Part shown: positions 10,130-20,086 of the stretch, piece by piece
Numbering within the stretch: the stretch's first letter is position 1
Layout of the letters: each line of letters starts with the position of its first letter
Source of the DNA: a virus
Length of the DNA: 64,000 bases
IMG/VR virus record: IMGVR_UViG_3300046694_000315
Coordinates: 1 to 64,000 of that record
Direction: 5' to 3' (one strand)
The notes under the pieces: generated by a model
The model's input: only the letters and a program-made list of their open reading frames with translations
Database searches by the model: none
What the model was told of the DNA's origin: nothing
Position numbers and translations under genes: made by a program

Positions 10130-10420
10130 TCAGATCTCGATGACGCGAGTGGGCTTGATCTGCCGCGTCTCTCGCTTGGCCTTGGCGCGGCTCTCGAAAG
10201 CCTCTCCGCGCTGGACGACGTTCCCGCTGGGCAGGACCTCATGAAGGACGTACTGTCGCGTGCGGTCGCCCTCCTCGGTCTCCACGGGAATTCCGCGAAC
10301 GAGGTAGCGCCCGTCGATGAGGCTCTTCCCGACCGTGTCGCCCTTTTCGAGCGGAAGGCGGGGAAGAACCTCATCGATAGAGGCGCGGGGGGACCTGCGA
10401 CGGTCGTTGAAGGCGACCAC
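10130..10420 (-). CDS. Hypothetical protein
   Basis: Fits the operon and codon bias. Confidence 0.55.
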   Translation of the reverse strand: MVAFNDRRRSPRASIDEVLPRLPLEKGDTVGKSLIDGRYLVRGIPVETEEGDRTRQYVLHEVLPSGNVVQRGEAFESRAKAKRETRQIKPTRVIEI

Positions 10421-10425
10421 AGGGA

Positions 10426-10827
10426 TCAGTCCTCGACGACAGCCGGGGACAGCCGCTCGTACCGGCCGCCGTTGCGGACGACCTCTTCGTAGCGAACCGC
10501 CGCGTAGTCGGTGAACGAGCCCTGAGCGAACTCCCCGAGGTAGGTCGGCGCCTCGACCCAGGAAGCCGAGCCGACGTGGGCCCGCTCCGCCATGGTCTCC
10601 TGCGGCGACTTCTCGTAGACGTTGGCGTTGTGGTTGGGGCGGCCCGGAGCGGTGATGTAGCCCTGGAGCGCACCCTTGGTGAACTCGTTGGGGACATCCG
10701 TGTCCGTTGCCACGCCCTCCTCGAACCGCAGAGGACCACGCCGCACAGCGTTGTCGGCGATCTTTCGCTCGTAGACCGTGCCGACGCGCTCCTGAAACTG
10801 CGGGTCGGGTGCGAGATTTCCAGCCAT
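10426..10827 (-). CDS. Hypothetical (probably virion) protein
   Basis: GAGG RBS and codon bias. Upstream of the portal gene. Confidence 0.65.
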   Translation of the reverse strand: MAGNLAPDPQFQERVGTVYERKIADNAVRRGPLRFEEGVATDTDVPNEFTKGALQGYITAPGRPNHNANVYEKSPQETMAERAHVGSASWVEAPTYLGEFAQGSFTDYAAVRYEEVVRNGGRYERLSPAVVED

Positions 10828-10904
10828 TCCGTAATCCTCTTCCGATAGCGAGGTAACGCTACAAGCGTATGAGGATTACGGAATCGATTGTTAACTAGCG
10901 ATAC

Positions 10905-12815
10905 TCAGGAAAGCGCGCCCCAGACAGTACCGTTCGCCACGTTCGTAATGCTGTTGACCGTGATGGACCCCGGCATCGAGGCAAGGCCCGAGCCATAGGC
11001 GCCGAATCGGTAGTTGGCCGGAGTCAGGTTCACGTTGGTGACACCGGTAACGACGCTGGCTCCACGGGCGACGGACGGCATGGTTGTGCCGCCCGACACG
11101 AGATAGGCAATCCAGTACGCACCCGGTGCGAGCGAGTGCGAGACGGCCATCGGAGCCGACTTCGCGCCGGTCGACTGCATGCTCGTTGAGACGTCGGAAC
11201 TCTGGTCGATGAGCACTCCGGCGCTCGTGTAGAGGCCGATGTACGTACCGGTCAGCGCTGCACCCGCACCCGAGACGACCCACCAGAAGGTGGAGACGGT
11301 CTTCGTCGTGCGCAGGAACACCTTGGACAGAGCCAGCGCGCCGGACGACAGCGTGACTGCCGTAGGGCCGCAGGTGGCCGGGTCCTGAGTCCAGGTGGCC
11401 AGACCGTGGTCGGACGGCAGGGCGAAGCCGCCTGCGGACAGGTCGAGCGCCGAGACGTCTGCGGCGGTCAGCGTGATGCTGGCGCCGCTCTTGCCGTTGA
11501 CCGTGGTCGGGTTTCCCTGGGGCCCGGTCGCTCCTGTAGGGCCTGGGTCTCCCTGCGGGCCCTGGACACCCTGAATGCCCTGCGGACCGGTCGTGCCGGT
11601 ATCGCCCTTGGGACCCTGCGGCCCGGTGGCACCAGCGGGACCTTGTGCTCCCGTAGCCCCGGTGTCTCCGGTGTCGCCCTTCGTCCCTTGCGCTCCCGTA
11701 GGGCCGGGAACGCCCTGCGGCCCCTGGGGGCCCTGCGGACCGGGCACCGTGGAGTCAGCACCTGCCGGGCCTTGTGGACCGGTTGCGCCCTGTGCTCCGG
11801 CCGCTCCGGTGTCACCCTTCAGACCCTGGATACCCTGCGGGCCTTGCGGACCGGGATCACCTTGCGGTCCCTGGGCTCCGGTCGATCCGGTCGCTCCGGT
11901 GTCGCCCTTGACGCCCTGTGCGCCTTGCGGCCCGGTGTCGCCCTGGAGTCCCTGGGGACCGGGGTCACCCTGAATGCCCTGTGGGCCGGGCGCTCCCTGC
12001 GGGCCTGCTGCTCCCGTGTCACCCTTCGGTCCCTGGAGTCCTGCGAGGCCCTGCGGACCTTGCGGTCCGGTCTCCCCTGGGATCCCCTGGTCGCCCTTGG
12101 GTCCGGCGATCCCCTGGATGCCCTGGGGGCCCTGAGCGCCGTCCGCTCCCGTATCGCCCTTTGGCCCCTGGGGCCCGACCTCGCCCTGAAGTCCGGTCGC
12201 GCCTGTGTCACCCTTCGGTCCCTGGATGCCCTGGAGTCCCTGCGGGCCCTGCGGACCGGGCACCGTGGAGTCGGCGCCAGCAGGACCCTGCGGACCGACC
12301 GCACCCTGTGGGCCCTGCGGTCCGGTTACTCCCGGGTCGCCCTTGTCTCCCTTGTCGCCCTTGGGGGCCGGAGGCATGTTCAGCGCGCCCATGGAGGACG
12401 GGACCTTGAGGAGGGATGCCACCTCCACGTTCGGCACGATCGCGGGCAGCCCGACGTCGAACGGCTTCTGCGTCTGGCCGTCCACGATGCCGGTGAACTT
12501 GTAGGTGAAGTTTCGCGGGGAGAGCGAGCCGTTGTCGCTGGCGAGAAGCGTGACGGAGTACCGGCCGTTGAGGAGGTCGATCTCCTTGCGGCGCAGGCGG
12601 ATAACGGCACCTGTCGCGGGGTGCACCAGTTTCGATATGGAGGGGTCGATGTTGATGCGACCGGAGGCGGGCCTGCCGTCGTTGTCGAGGTGATATCCGG
12701 TGACGGTGACCGTGGCGACGTCGTCCGGGAGTTCCGTGGGAGGCACGTATACGCCGCCCTCTGGCCAGTTTTCATTCTGGACGGTGAAGCCCGGAATGGA
12801 CCATGCGTCGTTCAA
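10905..12815 (-). CDS. Collagen-like (Gly-X-Y) fibre protein
   Basis: Long central G-X-Y repeat region (about 11500-12370) between N- and C-terminal globular domains. Confidence 0.85.
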   Translation of the reverse strand: MNDAWSIPGFTVQNENWPEGGVYVPPTELPDDVATVTVTGYHLDNDGRPASGRINIDPSISKLVHPATGAVIRLRRKEIDLLNGRYSVTLLASDNGSLSPRNFTYKFTGIVDGQTQKPFDVGLPAIVPNVEVASLLKVPSSMGALNMPPAPKGDKGDKGDPGVTGPQGPQGAVGPQGPAGADSTVPGPQGPQGLQGIQGPKGDTGATGLQGEVGPQGPKGDTGADGAQGPQGIQGIAGPKGDQGIPGETGPQGPQGLAGLQGPKGDTGAAGPQGAPGPQGIQGDPGPQGLQGDTGPQGAQGVKGDTGATGSTGAQGPQGDPGPQGPQGIQGLKGDTGAAGAQGATGPQGPAGADSTVPGPQGPQGPQGVPGPTGAQGTKGDTGDTGATGAQGPAGATGPQGPKGDTGTTGPQGIQGVQGPQGDPGPTGATGPQGNPTTVNGKSGASITLTAADVSALDLSAGGFALPSDHGLATWTQDPATCGPTAVTLSSGALALSKVFLRTTKTVSTFWWVVSGAGAALTGTYIGLYTSAGVLIDQSSDVSTSMQSTGAKSAPMAVSHSLAPGAYWIAYLVSGGTTMPSVARGASVVTGVTNVNLTPANYRFGAYGSGLASMPGSITVNSITNVANGTVWGALS

Positions 12816-12824
12816 GGGAGTTCC

Positions 12825-14399
12825 TTAGCGCTGGAAGGGAGAATTGGAAACCTCGACCTCGGGCATCGTGTAGTCCTTTGTCAGGACACAGGCGAGCGCC
12901 AGGGAATCCGCGTAGTCGTCGTGCGCATCAGCAGCGCGGGGAGCGGCTGCGAGTACGTACGGACCTTCGAAGTGCTTCTCCAGGTCTTCCATCTGCTGCC
13001 GGAAGCGCTTGTACGACTTGAGGCGACGGGTATAGGCGTGCGCGGGCCAGGAGATCAATCCCCGGTTCATGAGTTCCATGAGGTGCTTCCAGCGCTTGGA
13101 CTGTTCCGGGCGCTGGGAAGAAAGGGCCACGATGTCGATGTCGGGCATAAGGACCCTGAGCCGGGATATGACGACGTCGCCGACTCCGCCTTCGTCGACT
13201 GCGATGGCCATGACGTTGTAGTTCCGGACGAACTCGACGATGCGGAAGTACTGGGCTTCCCAGTCCATGCCGCCGAGGTCCATCCAGTTCAGGACCCGGT
13301 GCTCGTAGTTGCCGAACTCGTCGGGCTGGTCCCAGCGGACCCACACGGCCGTGACGATCGTGGAGTCCTGCTTGCGCGCAGGGTCGATGCCGATGACGAT
13401 CGGGCTCTTGTGGTAGGCCGGGACCACCTGCATGGAGACGTCGCCGAGTTCGTCGAGGCGCTCGGTGGTGGTGAACATGCCCTTGTCGAGCAGCCACATG
13501 AGGCGGTACGACAACTTGAATTCGTCGGAGTCCTCACCAATACGGAGGAGTTCCTTCTTGACGAACTTGGCGTAGTTCTCGTTCCACTTCGAGACTTCTT
13601 TCCAGTCCGCGTCGAAGTGGTTCTGCCGGGCGCCGCGCTTTGTTGCGGTCCGCCGGTTGATCTGGATCTGGTTGTAGAAGACGCCCTTTTCGTATGTGGG
13701 CGTGCCGGTGAAGACCATCGTCGCGTTGGTCGAGGCGCCCATCGGGCCGATCGACTTGTTGACCATCTTCTCGTCCGCGCCCTGGCACTCGTCGATGAGG
13801 ATCAGGTGGTAGGTGCGGCCTTCGATGGTGGCGCGGGGGTGGCAGGTCTGCTTACGCACGAGGGAGCCGGAGCGCTTGAGGGAAATGGAGCGGCCCTTGC
13901 CCTGTACGGTGTCGTCGATTTCGGGGTCCGCCATGATTTCCAGGGCGTGGTCACTGGTGAGGCGGGCCACGATTCGGCCGTAGAGGTTGTCGGCCTGCTC
14001 TTCCACCGGGGCAAATGCTCCGACCCACAGACCCTCTTTGAACTTGTCCATCAGGTCGGGAAAGATCTTCGCCAGCCGGGGGAACATGATCATGCAGGCG
14101 GCGACGACATTGGCCACGGTCTCGCTCTTGCCGGACTGGCGGGAGAACAGGGCTGTGAGGGTGGCGCCGTCGTTGATGATCAGCGACTCGATCAGACGAG
14201 CCGCGAAGGGGCGCTGGTAGCCGTAGAGAGGGTGGCCGGATACCTCGTCGACGATGACGAGCATCTTCGCGACGATCTGGTCTACGAATGCCTGCGAGGT
14301 CTGGTCGAGGACCACCTCGGTGTCAATCCGCGCCTGACGCTCTTCATCGGTCTCGTCGCTGATGAACTCGTCGTACTCGACGTCCTCCGTAACAGACAC
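12825..14399 (-). CDS. terL: Terminase large subunit
   Basis: Walker A SRQSGKS, Walker B LILIDE, coupling motif TGTP, and nuclease motifs IGIDPA and HDDYADS. Start GTG 14399, or TTG 14411. Confidence 0.93.
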   Translation of the reverse strand: MSVTEDVEYDEFISDETDEERQARIDTEVVLDQTSQAFVDQIVAKMLVIVDEVSGHPLYGYQRPFAARLIESLIINDGATLTALFSRQSGKSETVANVVAACMIMFPRLAKIFPDLMDKFKEGLWVGAFAPVEEQADNLYGRIVARLTSDHALEIMADPEIDDTVQGKGRSISLKRSGSLVRKQTCHPRATIEGRTYHLILIDECQGADEKMVNKSIGPMGASTNATMVFTGTPTYEKGVFYNQIQINRRTATKRGARQNHFDADWKEVSKWNENYAKFVKKELLRIGEDSDEFKLSYRLMWLLDKGMFTTTERLDELGDVSMQVVPAYHKSPIVIGIDPARKQDSTIVTAVWVRWDQPDEFGNYEHRVLNWMDLGGMDWEAQYFRIVEFVRNYNVMAIAVDEGGVGDVVISRLRVLMPDIDIVALSSQRPEQSKRWKHLMELMNRGLISWPAHAYTRRLKSYKRFRQQMEDLEKHFEGPYVLAAAPRAADAHDDYADSLALACVLTKDYTMPEVEVSNSPFQR

Positions 14400-14483
14400 G
14401 CCTAACCCCAATCCCGTTTTCTCTACGGAATTGAGGTTAGGCGTTTTCTGCTACTGCTTTGTAATTATCGCTTCCGGAAGACT

Positions 14484-14744
14484 TCAGCCGCTACGTCGAA
14501 TGTCCCTCGCGGCGATGATCTGCTGTGCGCGCTGGCGCGTGAAGCCGAACATCCTGCCCAGTACGTCGTAGGTGTAGCGGCCCTTGGCATAGACAGCGGC
14601 CACCAGAGAGTCACGGGCTTCCGTCGTCACCGCCGGATAGTCCTCGAAGCACATCTGGTCGCAGTACAGCGGGGCGTCCTTCTTGGCCACGCCCAGCAGC
14701 CTGCGGCATCCCCGGCAGCGGACATCGACCAGCAAATCACTCAT
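14484..14744 (-). CDS. Zn-finger plus HTH DNA-binding protein
   Basis: CRGC...CDQMC, plus TYDVLGRMFGFTRQRAQQI resembling a sigma region-4 HTH. Confidence 0.6.
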   Translation of the reverse strand: MSDLLVDVRCRGCRRLLGVAKKDAPLYCDQMCFEDYPAVTTEARDSLVAAVYAKGRYTYDVLGRMFGFTRQRAQQIIAARDIRRSG

Positions 14745-15021
14745 CGACCTGCGCCTCTCCCGTCAGCCGGTCCCGGGTCTCGTCCTCGACGCCACCAGCC
14801 CCGTTCTCGTGCCAGGCGCTCTCGACGCCCTTGAGGAACTCGTCCAGGAGACCGATCGGAAGGGTCAGCCCGCGCCCGTAGGTGTCCAGCGAGGGGATGT
14901 ACTCCCGGCAGTCGATGAACAGGCCGTCCTGGGGGCTCTGAACTGTGGAGACGTGAATCTCCTTGTCGTGCACGTACGCAACCCGGGCGTGGATGGTCCT
15001 GCCCTCAGCGAGATCGTCCAT
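14737..15021 (-). CDS. PC4/PdbC-like ssDNA-binding protein
   Basis: FIDCREY...GRGLTLP matches the PC4-family D-x-R-x-Y...KG-x-x-L pattern. Confidence 0.55.
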   Translation of the reverse strand: MDDLAEGRTIHARVAYVHDKEIHVSTVQSPQDGLFIDCREYIPSLDTYGRGLTLPIGLLDEFLKGVESAWHENGAGGVEDETRDRLTGEAQVDE

Positions 15022-15134
15022 GGCTTCCTCCGTCGCTCTATGTAAGGCACCCTACACCTGCGCAAGCGGTATCGACAACCCGCTTGACGAGGGAGTAGAG
15101 TGGGCATCCTTGACAGACGGACGAGGAGCACACC

Positions 15135-15347
15135 ATGGGCATGTACCCGATGCAGGACCCGGAGAAGTGCCCTACATGCGGACGGGACCTTAAAGAAGCG
15201 CCCAAGCCGGAGAGGGTGCAGGTCAAAGACTTTCCGGCCGAGGTAACGTACGCCAGTGATCCGGTCTGCGGGGGGCGCTGGCACGTATGGGACAGAACCT
15301 CTCCGCTGCGGAAGCAGGCTCAACCCTTCGTGGACGGAGAGCAGTGA
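15135..15347 (+). CDS. Hypothetical Zn-ribbon protein
   Basis: GAGGAG RBS and CPTC motif. Confidence 0.6.
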   Translation: MGMYPMQDPEKCPTCGRDLKEAPKPERVQVKDFPAEVTYASDPVCGGRWHVWDRTSPLRKQAQPFVDGEQ

Positions 15348-15577
15348 TGGACGACTGGCACATCCAAAACGGCATACAGGGCTACGCGCACGACAGCGAA
15401 CTGGACGCCCTTCAGCAGCGCGAACTCCGCTCCGAGCAGATGGAGTTCTACAAGCGCGCCAACACCCCGCCCTTCGAGGGCTTCGGCGGTTGGCAGGGAG
15501 TCAAGGAAGCCGCGACAGGCGTGGGCATCCTCATGATCTTCGGAATGATCCTCAAGTACGGCTTCGGCATCGGCTAG
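15347..15577 (+). CDS. Hypothetical membrane protein
   Basis: TGATG coupling with the upstream gene and a C-terminal hydrophobic helix. Confidence 0.6.
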   Translation: MDDWHIQNGIQGYAHDSELDALQQRELRSEQMEFYKRANTPPFEGFGGWQGVKEAATGVGILMIFGMILKYGFGIG

Positions 15578-15583
15578 GCTGCG

Positions 15584-15628
15584 CAGCAGAAAGGCCCCAT
15601 CCGTCTGGCGGGTGGGGCCTTTCTGCTG
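15584..15628. terminator. Bidirectional terminator between convergent genes
   Basis: CAGCAGAAAGGCCCCA.../...TGGGGCCTTTCTGCTG. Confidence 0.75.
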
Positions 15629-15630
15629 TC

Positions 15631-16707
15631 CTACTGTGCCCGGCGCAGCGGGACGACGTTCTCCTGGCTGACCATCGCGGTCAGGAAGGCCTTGCCCTTC
15701 ATGGTCTCGTCGCGGCGCCTGCGCTCCGAGGACAGGCCCAGGTAGCGCTCGGTGGTGGCCATGTTCGAGTGGTGCAGCAGGGCCGAGACCGTGCGGAGCC
15801 CGGCGTCGTAGCCCAGTTCCGTGGACAGAGAGTCGAAGTACGCGCGGGCGACCGCCCGGCGGATGGTGTGCGTGCCCTCGTAGCGGGTGGGCAGCCCCAC
15901 GGCCGCGAGCGCGTGCTTGACGATCTTCTCTGTGCGCTGGACAGGCCGGTCTGGGTGCCAGACGAAAGGTGTGCGGACGTAGACCCGCTGGCCGGTCGCC
16001 TCGTCGAGGTAGTGGGTGGAGATGGTGTTCCCCGTGCGGGCAGGGAACAGGTAGTCGTCGGCGCGTAGCGGGCGGCCCAGCAGCTCGGCGTACTCGACCA
16101 GCCACAGGCGCAGCTCGCGCTCCAGGTCGGCCGTCAGCGGCATCTCGTCCTCCTCCCGCGTCTTGACCACGGTCACGAAGACTTCCGACCGCACGAAGTC
16201 GACGTCCCCGACGCGCATGCCCGTGATCTCCGAGGCCCGGCAGGCGGTGTTGATCGCGGTGGCCAGGTAGGCACGGTGCATCGCGCACTCCGCCTGGTCC
16301 AGGAGCTGGAGCAGAAGCGAGGGTGGAGGCTGCTGGCGGCGCTTCTTCGGCTCCGGCAGCGGCTCGACGCCGGTCAGGTAGTTGTCCAGCGCGGTGAATC
16401 CGCTGTTCTTGCAGTAGGTGAAGAACACCTTGAGCCGGGCGCGGTAGTTGTTGTGGGTGCTGGGGCCGACGGCCTCGCGGATCGGCTGGCCCTTGATGCG
16501 GGTGGAGTGGGCGTCCATGATCCCGCCCGGCCCGTAGAAGAAGTCACGCACCTGCTTGGCGGAGAGCTGGGAGAAGTCGGGGTTGCCCAGGTGCTCGGCG
16601 AACCGGGGCAGCAAGGTGGTGTCGACGCGCATGGTGTTGTCGGCCTTGCCGGAGCGCTCCCGGGTCTCCAGGTACTCCTCGACGGCGCTGCGCAGTGCGA
16701 TGGTCAC
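15631..16707 (-). CDS. Tyrosine recombinase / integrase
   Basis: Catalytic set R (TACRASE), K (VVKT), HxxR (HTIRR), H (LLHHS) and Y (TERYL). AAGGAGG precedes GTG 16707. Confidence 0.92.
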   Translation of the reverse strand: MTIALRSAVEEYLETRERSGKADNTMRVDTTLLPRFAEHLGNPDFSQLSAKQVRDFFYGPGGIMDAHSTRIKGQPIREAVGPSTHNNYRARLKVFFTYCKNSGFTALDNYLTGVEPLPEPKKRRQQPPPSLLLQLLDQAECAMHRAYLATAINTACRASEITGMRVGDVDFVRSEVFVTVVKTREEDEMPLTADLERELRLWLVEYAELLGRPLRADDYLFPARTGNTISTHYLDEATGQRVYVRTPFVWHPDRPVQRTEKIVKHALAAVGLPTRYEGTHTIRRAVARAYFDSLSTELGYDAGLRTVSALLHHSNMATTERYLGLSSERRRRDETMKGKAFLTAMVSQENVVPLRRAQ

Positions 16708-16812
16708 GCTTCCTCCTTGTGTGGTGGCTGCGGGTCTGACTCTATCGTCGTCAAGTGCATACATCAAGTCGCTTGCATAGCGATTCCGAGGAATCGATAG
16801 TACGGTTCCCGT

Positions 16813-16959
16813 ATGACGATGACAGAGATCAGCCCGGCACCGCTTCATACTTCCGCCCCGACAGCAGAGGAGGCGTGGCTGGCCGCATGGACGGCCCGAG
16901 CGCCCGTCCTGGAGCCCGAGAAGGCCGACGAGGTCCTGGAGTTGATGGGCCTGCTCTAG
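16813..16959 (+). CDS. Small RDF-like protein, 48 aa (not in the ORF track)
   Basis: MTMTEISPAPLHTSAPTAEEAWLAAWTARAPVLEPEKADEVLELMGLL. Followed by a terminator hairpin; similar to 18698..18823. Confidence 0.6.
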   Translation: MTMTEISPAPLHTSAPTAEEAWLAAWTARAPVLEPEKADEVLELMGLL

Positions 16960-16960
16960 A

Positions 16961-16998
16961 CGAAACCCCCGGTCGCCAGTGGCTTCCGGGGGTTTTCG
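16961..16998. terminator. Bidirectional terminator
   Basis: CGAAACCCCCGG...CCGGGGGTTTTCG between convergent genes. Confidence 0.7.
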
Positions 16999-17005
16999 CT
17001 GTCTG

Positions 17006-18550
17006 CTACGCGGCGAAGATCGGCTCTATCCTCGCGGGGTCGAAACCGCCGCCCCTCTTACCGTCCCGCGCGGGGTGGATGACCACTGCGGTCAGGACGG
17101 TGCGGGCCACGATGCGCTGACGCTCGACCGACATGCCATCCCAGCCGACGCGCAGCAGCTCGGGAGTGACGGCCCGGACGGCGGCAGGGGCCGAGTAGGC
17201 GCGCAGGGCGCGGAGGTCCTTCTTCTCGGCCTCCAGGTCGTCGAGGGTCGTCATGTAGGTGACGGCCTTGACCTTCTTCGCATCCCACAGGACCTTGATG
17301 TCCTTGATCTCCTGCTCGACCTCGGCCAGTCGGGCCTCCTTCTCCGGCGTCCAGTCGCTGTGAACCTGCTCGGGAACCTTCTTCTCCTTCGTGGACTTCT
17401 CCACGATGTTCCAGATCAGCTTCTTGATGAGTTCGTCGACCCGGGGGCCGGTGACGCCCATCCGCCCGCAGGCGTCGGGGTTGGAGGAGGTCTTGTTGCA
17501 GTTGTAGCCGAAGGAGTCGGACTTCTTTCCCCGGATCCATACGGGCTTTCCGACCATGGGGTATCCGCACCGGCCGCAGCGGCAGATCCGGGACAGGAAG
17601 TACTTCACCGCCACCTTCTGGTCGTAGGCGGCGTAGTTACGCGGCTGGGCCTTCTCTCGCTCCTTCTTCGCGCCCAGGACGGCCTCGTACTTCTCTACCG
17701 GGCAGAGCGGCTCCCACGGGCCCATGACGTAATTGCCTTCGGCGTCGTACTGCACCTCTCCGAGGTATATACGGATCCCGGCGTTGCGCGGTCGCATGAT
17801 GATCGTCTTCACACCGGCCCACGTGTAGGGCTTTCCGGTGTCCTTGTTGAGCACGCCGGAGTCGAGGAAGAACTTGGCGATGGTGGTGTTCTTGTCTCCG
17901 GCGATGTACATGTCCATCGCCTTGTTGACGATGTCCTTGGCTACCGGGTCGACCTTGTCCCTGTCCTCTTCCATCCAGCCGTAGGGGTGCGTGCCGCCGT
18001 GGTAGCGCCCCTTTTCGGCACGGTACTTGTTGTCACGTTTGATTCGCCGGGAGGTGTCCTCGGAGGACTTATTGGCGATGGAGACGTAGAGGCGTGCGGA
18101 GAACCGGCCGTCGGAAGTGGTGAGGTCGAAGTTCTGTCCGGAGAGGGTGTCGAAGACCAGCCGCTTCTTCTTCCTCTCGATGAAGTCCTCGTAGACGTCG
18201 ATGTACTTCTCAAGGTCGCGCGGCTGGCGAGCGAACCGGTCGATGTCGTAGGCGAGGACTCCGGCGATGCGCTCGGCCTTGAGGTCGGCGAGCATGCGGA
18301 GGAAGTCCACGCGCTTGACGTTGCGCTTGAAGGCGGACAGCCGGTGGTCCTCGTACCAGACCACGGTGCGCTCGTGCTTCTCGGCGAGGAAACGCAGGTC
18401 CTCCTTCTGCTTGACAATCGCCTTGCGCTCCTCCTCGGCGGCCTCCTCCTCGGTGATGCGACCGGCCTTCACGGCCCGCCGGAGTTCAGCTACGTCCACG
18501 TCAGAGATGCGGAGGTAGCCCCCCAACGGGCGGTCGTCCCTGATACCCAC
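17006..18550 (-). CDS. int: Large serine recombinase (integrase)
   Basis: YLRIS catalytic Ser, DRFAR, recombinase domain, Zn ribbon (CRCGRC...YNC...C) and coiled coil. Start is uncertain. Confidence 0.92.
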   Translation of the reverse strand: MGIRDDRPLGGYLRISDVDVAELRRAVKAGRITEEEAAEEERKAIVKQKEDLRFLAEKHERTVVWYEDHRLSAFKRNVKRVDFLRMLADLKAERIAGVLAYDIDRFARQPRDLEKYIDVYEDFIERKKKRLVFDTLSGQNFDLTTSDGRFSARLYVSIANKSSEDTSRRIKRDNKYRAEKGRYHGGTHPYGWMEEDRDKVDPVAKDIVNKAMDMYIAGDKNTTIAKFFLDSGVLNKDTGKPYTWAGVKTIIMRPRNAGIRIYLGEVQYDAEGNYVMGPWEPLCPVEKYEAVLGAKKEREKAQPRNYAAYDQKVAVKYFLSRICRCGRCGYPMVGKPVWIRGKKSDSFGYNCNKTSSNPDACGRMGVTGPRVDELIKKLIWNIVEKSTKEKKVPEQVHSDWTPEKEARLAEVEQEIKDIKVLWDAKKVKAVTYMTTLDDLEAEKKDLRALRAYSAPAAVRAVTPELLRVGWDGMSVERQRIVARTVLTAVVIHPARDGKRGGGFDPARIEPIFAA

Positions 18551-18697
18551 TCCTCGTACCCCAGCTTCAGCTACCCTTGTCAAACGGTCTGGGGTACACC
18601 CTAGACGAAGCGTATGTAGTTCTGTCAAAGTTGGGACATGCGGAGTTCGACGTAACTCCGTACAGCGGACAGGCAGTCGACAGAGAGGTGACCTGCA

Positions 18698-18823
18698 ATG
18701 ATGACGGACAGCGACTGGATCGCTCACTGGGTGTCAGCGGCCCCGACCCTCAGCTCCGAGGTCCTGGAGACCATCGCCGACGCCGTCGAGGCAGAGGACG
18801 ACGAGGAACTGCTGGCAGCCTGA
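18698..18823 (+). CDS. Small RDF-like protein, 41 aa (not in the ORF track)
   Basis: GAGGTG RBS; MMTDSDWIAHWVSAAPTLSSEVLETIADAVEAEDDEELLAA. A hairpin follows at 18832-18869. Confidence 0.6.
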   Translation: MMTDSDWIAHWVSAAPTLSSEVLETIADAVEAEDDEELLAA

Positions 18824-18869
18824 CACCATACGAAAAGGCCCCCACCGGGTGACCGGGAGGGGGCCTTCG

Positions 18870-19130
18870 TCATGCCTCGCGCCTACTCAGGACGTCCAGG
18901 ACGCCGAGGAGGCTCTGCGCCCCCTGGTGGGCCTCCAGCAGGCTCTCGGGGGTCGCCTGCTTGCGGTAGTCGTCCAGGGCCTTGGCGAGGCCACTGCCGA
19001 CCGCGTCGGCCCAGTCGAGCACGTCGACCGTGGACAGCCGGTCCAGCCTCTTGGCCGCCTTCGCCCGGACGGGGTCGACCCGCTCCTCGCCACCGCGAAG
19101 CCGGTTCTTCACATCAGTCCAAGAGCGCAT
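18870..19130 (-). CDS. Hypothetical protein
   Basis: Codon bias, helical protein. Confidence 0.6.
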   Translation of the reverse strand: MRSWTDVKNRLRGGEERVDPVRAKAAKRLDRLSTVDVLDWADAVGSGLAKALDDYRKQATPESLLEAHQGAQSLLGVLDVLSRREA

Positions 19131-19211
19131 AGCGCGTCGTACTCCTCGTCCATGTCGTCGGTCTTCTGGGCCACCATCCGCCGGGCCGCTGCCTTCTCTT
19201 CCTCGGTGTTC

Positions 19212-19514
19212 TCATATGACGAGTTCATCGAGGTCCTCATCGAATCGGTGGGCGTTGTCGCGGATATCGTCGGTGGAGAGCGCGTTGCCGTATCCCTGGA
19301 TGGCGGTGTACAGGGCGTCGCTCTCATTCCGGTATGTGTTGCGCCACCGGCCGAGGACGATCCCCTTTCCGGCCCACACCTTGATGATGAGCGACTTCGA
19401 GCGCCGGTAGGGCGGCTCGATTTCGTCAGTGGGCGCGGTATGAAGGAACGGCGCCCCAGGCTTGAGGTTGAGTGTGTGGGTGAAGAAAGGCCCCACCCCA
19501 TGAGTGTTAGGCAT
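19212..19514 (-). CDS. Hypothetical protein (probably leaderless)
   Basis: TAGGCT (-10-like) lies 7 nt before the ATG. Confidence 0.55.
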   Translation of the reverse strand: MPNTHGVGPFFTHTLNLKPGAPFLHTAPTDEIEPPYRRSKSLIIKVWAGKGIVLGRWRNTYRNESDALYTAIQGYGNALSTDDIRDNAHRFDEDLDELVI

Positions 19515-19553
19515 GAGATGGAGCCTATTCTCCGGACGGCCGGAAATGGTAAA

Positions 19554-20021
19554 TCAGTCGACGCCGGTCGGGGAATCGAGGTCGTGCTCGGGCGCGTAGG
19601 AGAAGTTGTTCAGCACCCGGTTGATTCCGCGCCCCGGGGACTTCCAGCGCTTGAAGTTCCGCCAGACATTCGGCGGGACGTTGTAGTACCCGTAGACCTG
19701 CCCATTCCGGAATCGGACCCGCAGCGTCTGAGCATCCCTGTCATAACCTGCGGCAAGAGTCCTCGGGCGCGGCGGATTGATAGACGGAGTCGGCTGGTAG
19801 GGCAGGAGGTCGAAGTCGTCGCCGTCCTTGGCCAACTGGATTGCGTCGGAAGTTTCCTGGCTGAGGATTCGCCGGGATCCTGCTCGGGCGGCGGGGTTGG
19901 CATTGCTGGCGGGTATCTCGACGGCTGGCCTTGGCGGGGTCAGATCCCCGAAGTCGAAGGACAACTGCTCGTAGGCGTTGTTGCGGCCTCTCCCCCCGCC
20001 TCGGGGGTTTCTGGATGCCAC
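19554..20021 (-). CDS. KTSC domain protein
   Basis: GYD....TLRVRFRNG.VY.YYNVP..VW..F....SPG..IN. Confidence 0.8.
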   Translation of the reverse strand: MASRNPRGGGRGRNNAYEQLSFDFGDLTPPRPAVEIPASNANPAARAGSRRILSQETSDAIQLAKDGDDFDLLPYQPTPSINPPRPRTLAAGYDRDAQTLRVRFRNGQVYGYYNVPPNVWRNFKRWKSPGRGINRVLNNFSYAPEHDLDSPTGVD

Positions 20022-20086
20022 TGTCTCTCCTTACGCAGCAGCCCCTGCCCCGGTGACGGGAAGCAGGGGCTTTGGGGCTGCTTGGA

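Noticed and set aside
11500-12370. Dense tandem-like DNA repeats
   Set aside because: Fully explained by Gly-X-Y collagen coding. Not a CRISPR array or VNTR.
11406-14405. 999-aa plus-strand ORF and other long antisense ORFs (e.g. 1564..3144, 46950..48884, 51959..53725)
   Set aside because: These are shadow frames of well-supported minus-strand genes, expected in high-GC3 DNA. They show no motifs or RBS.
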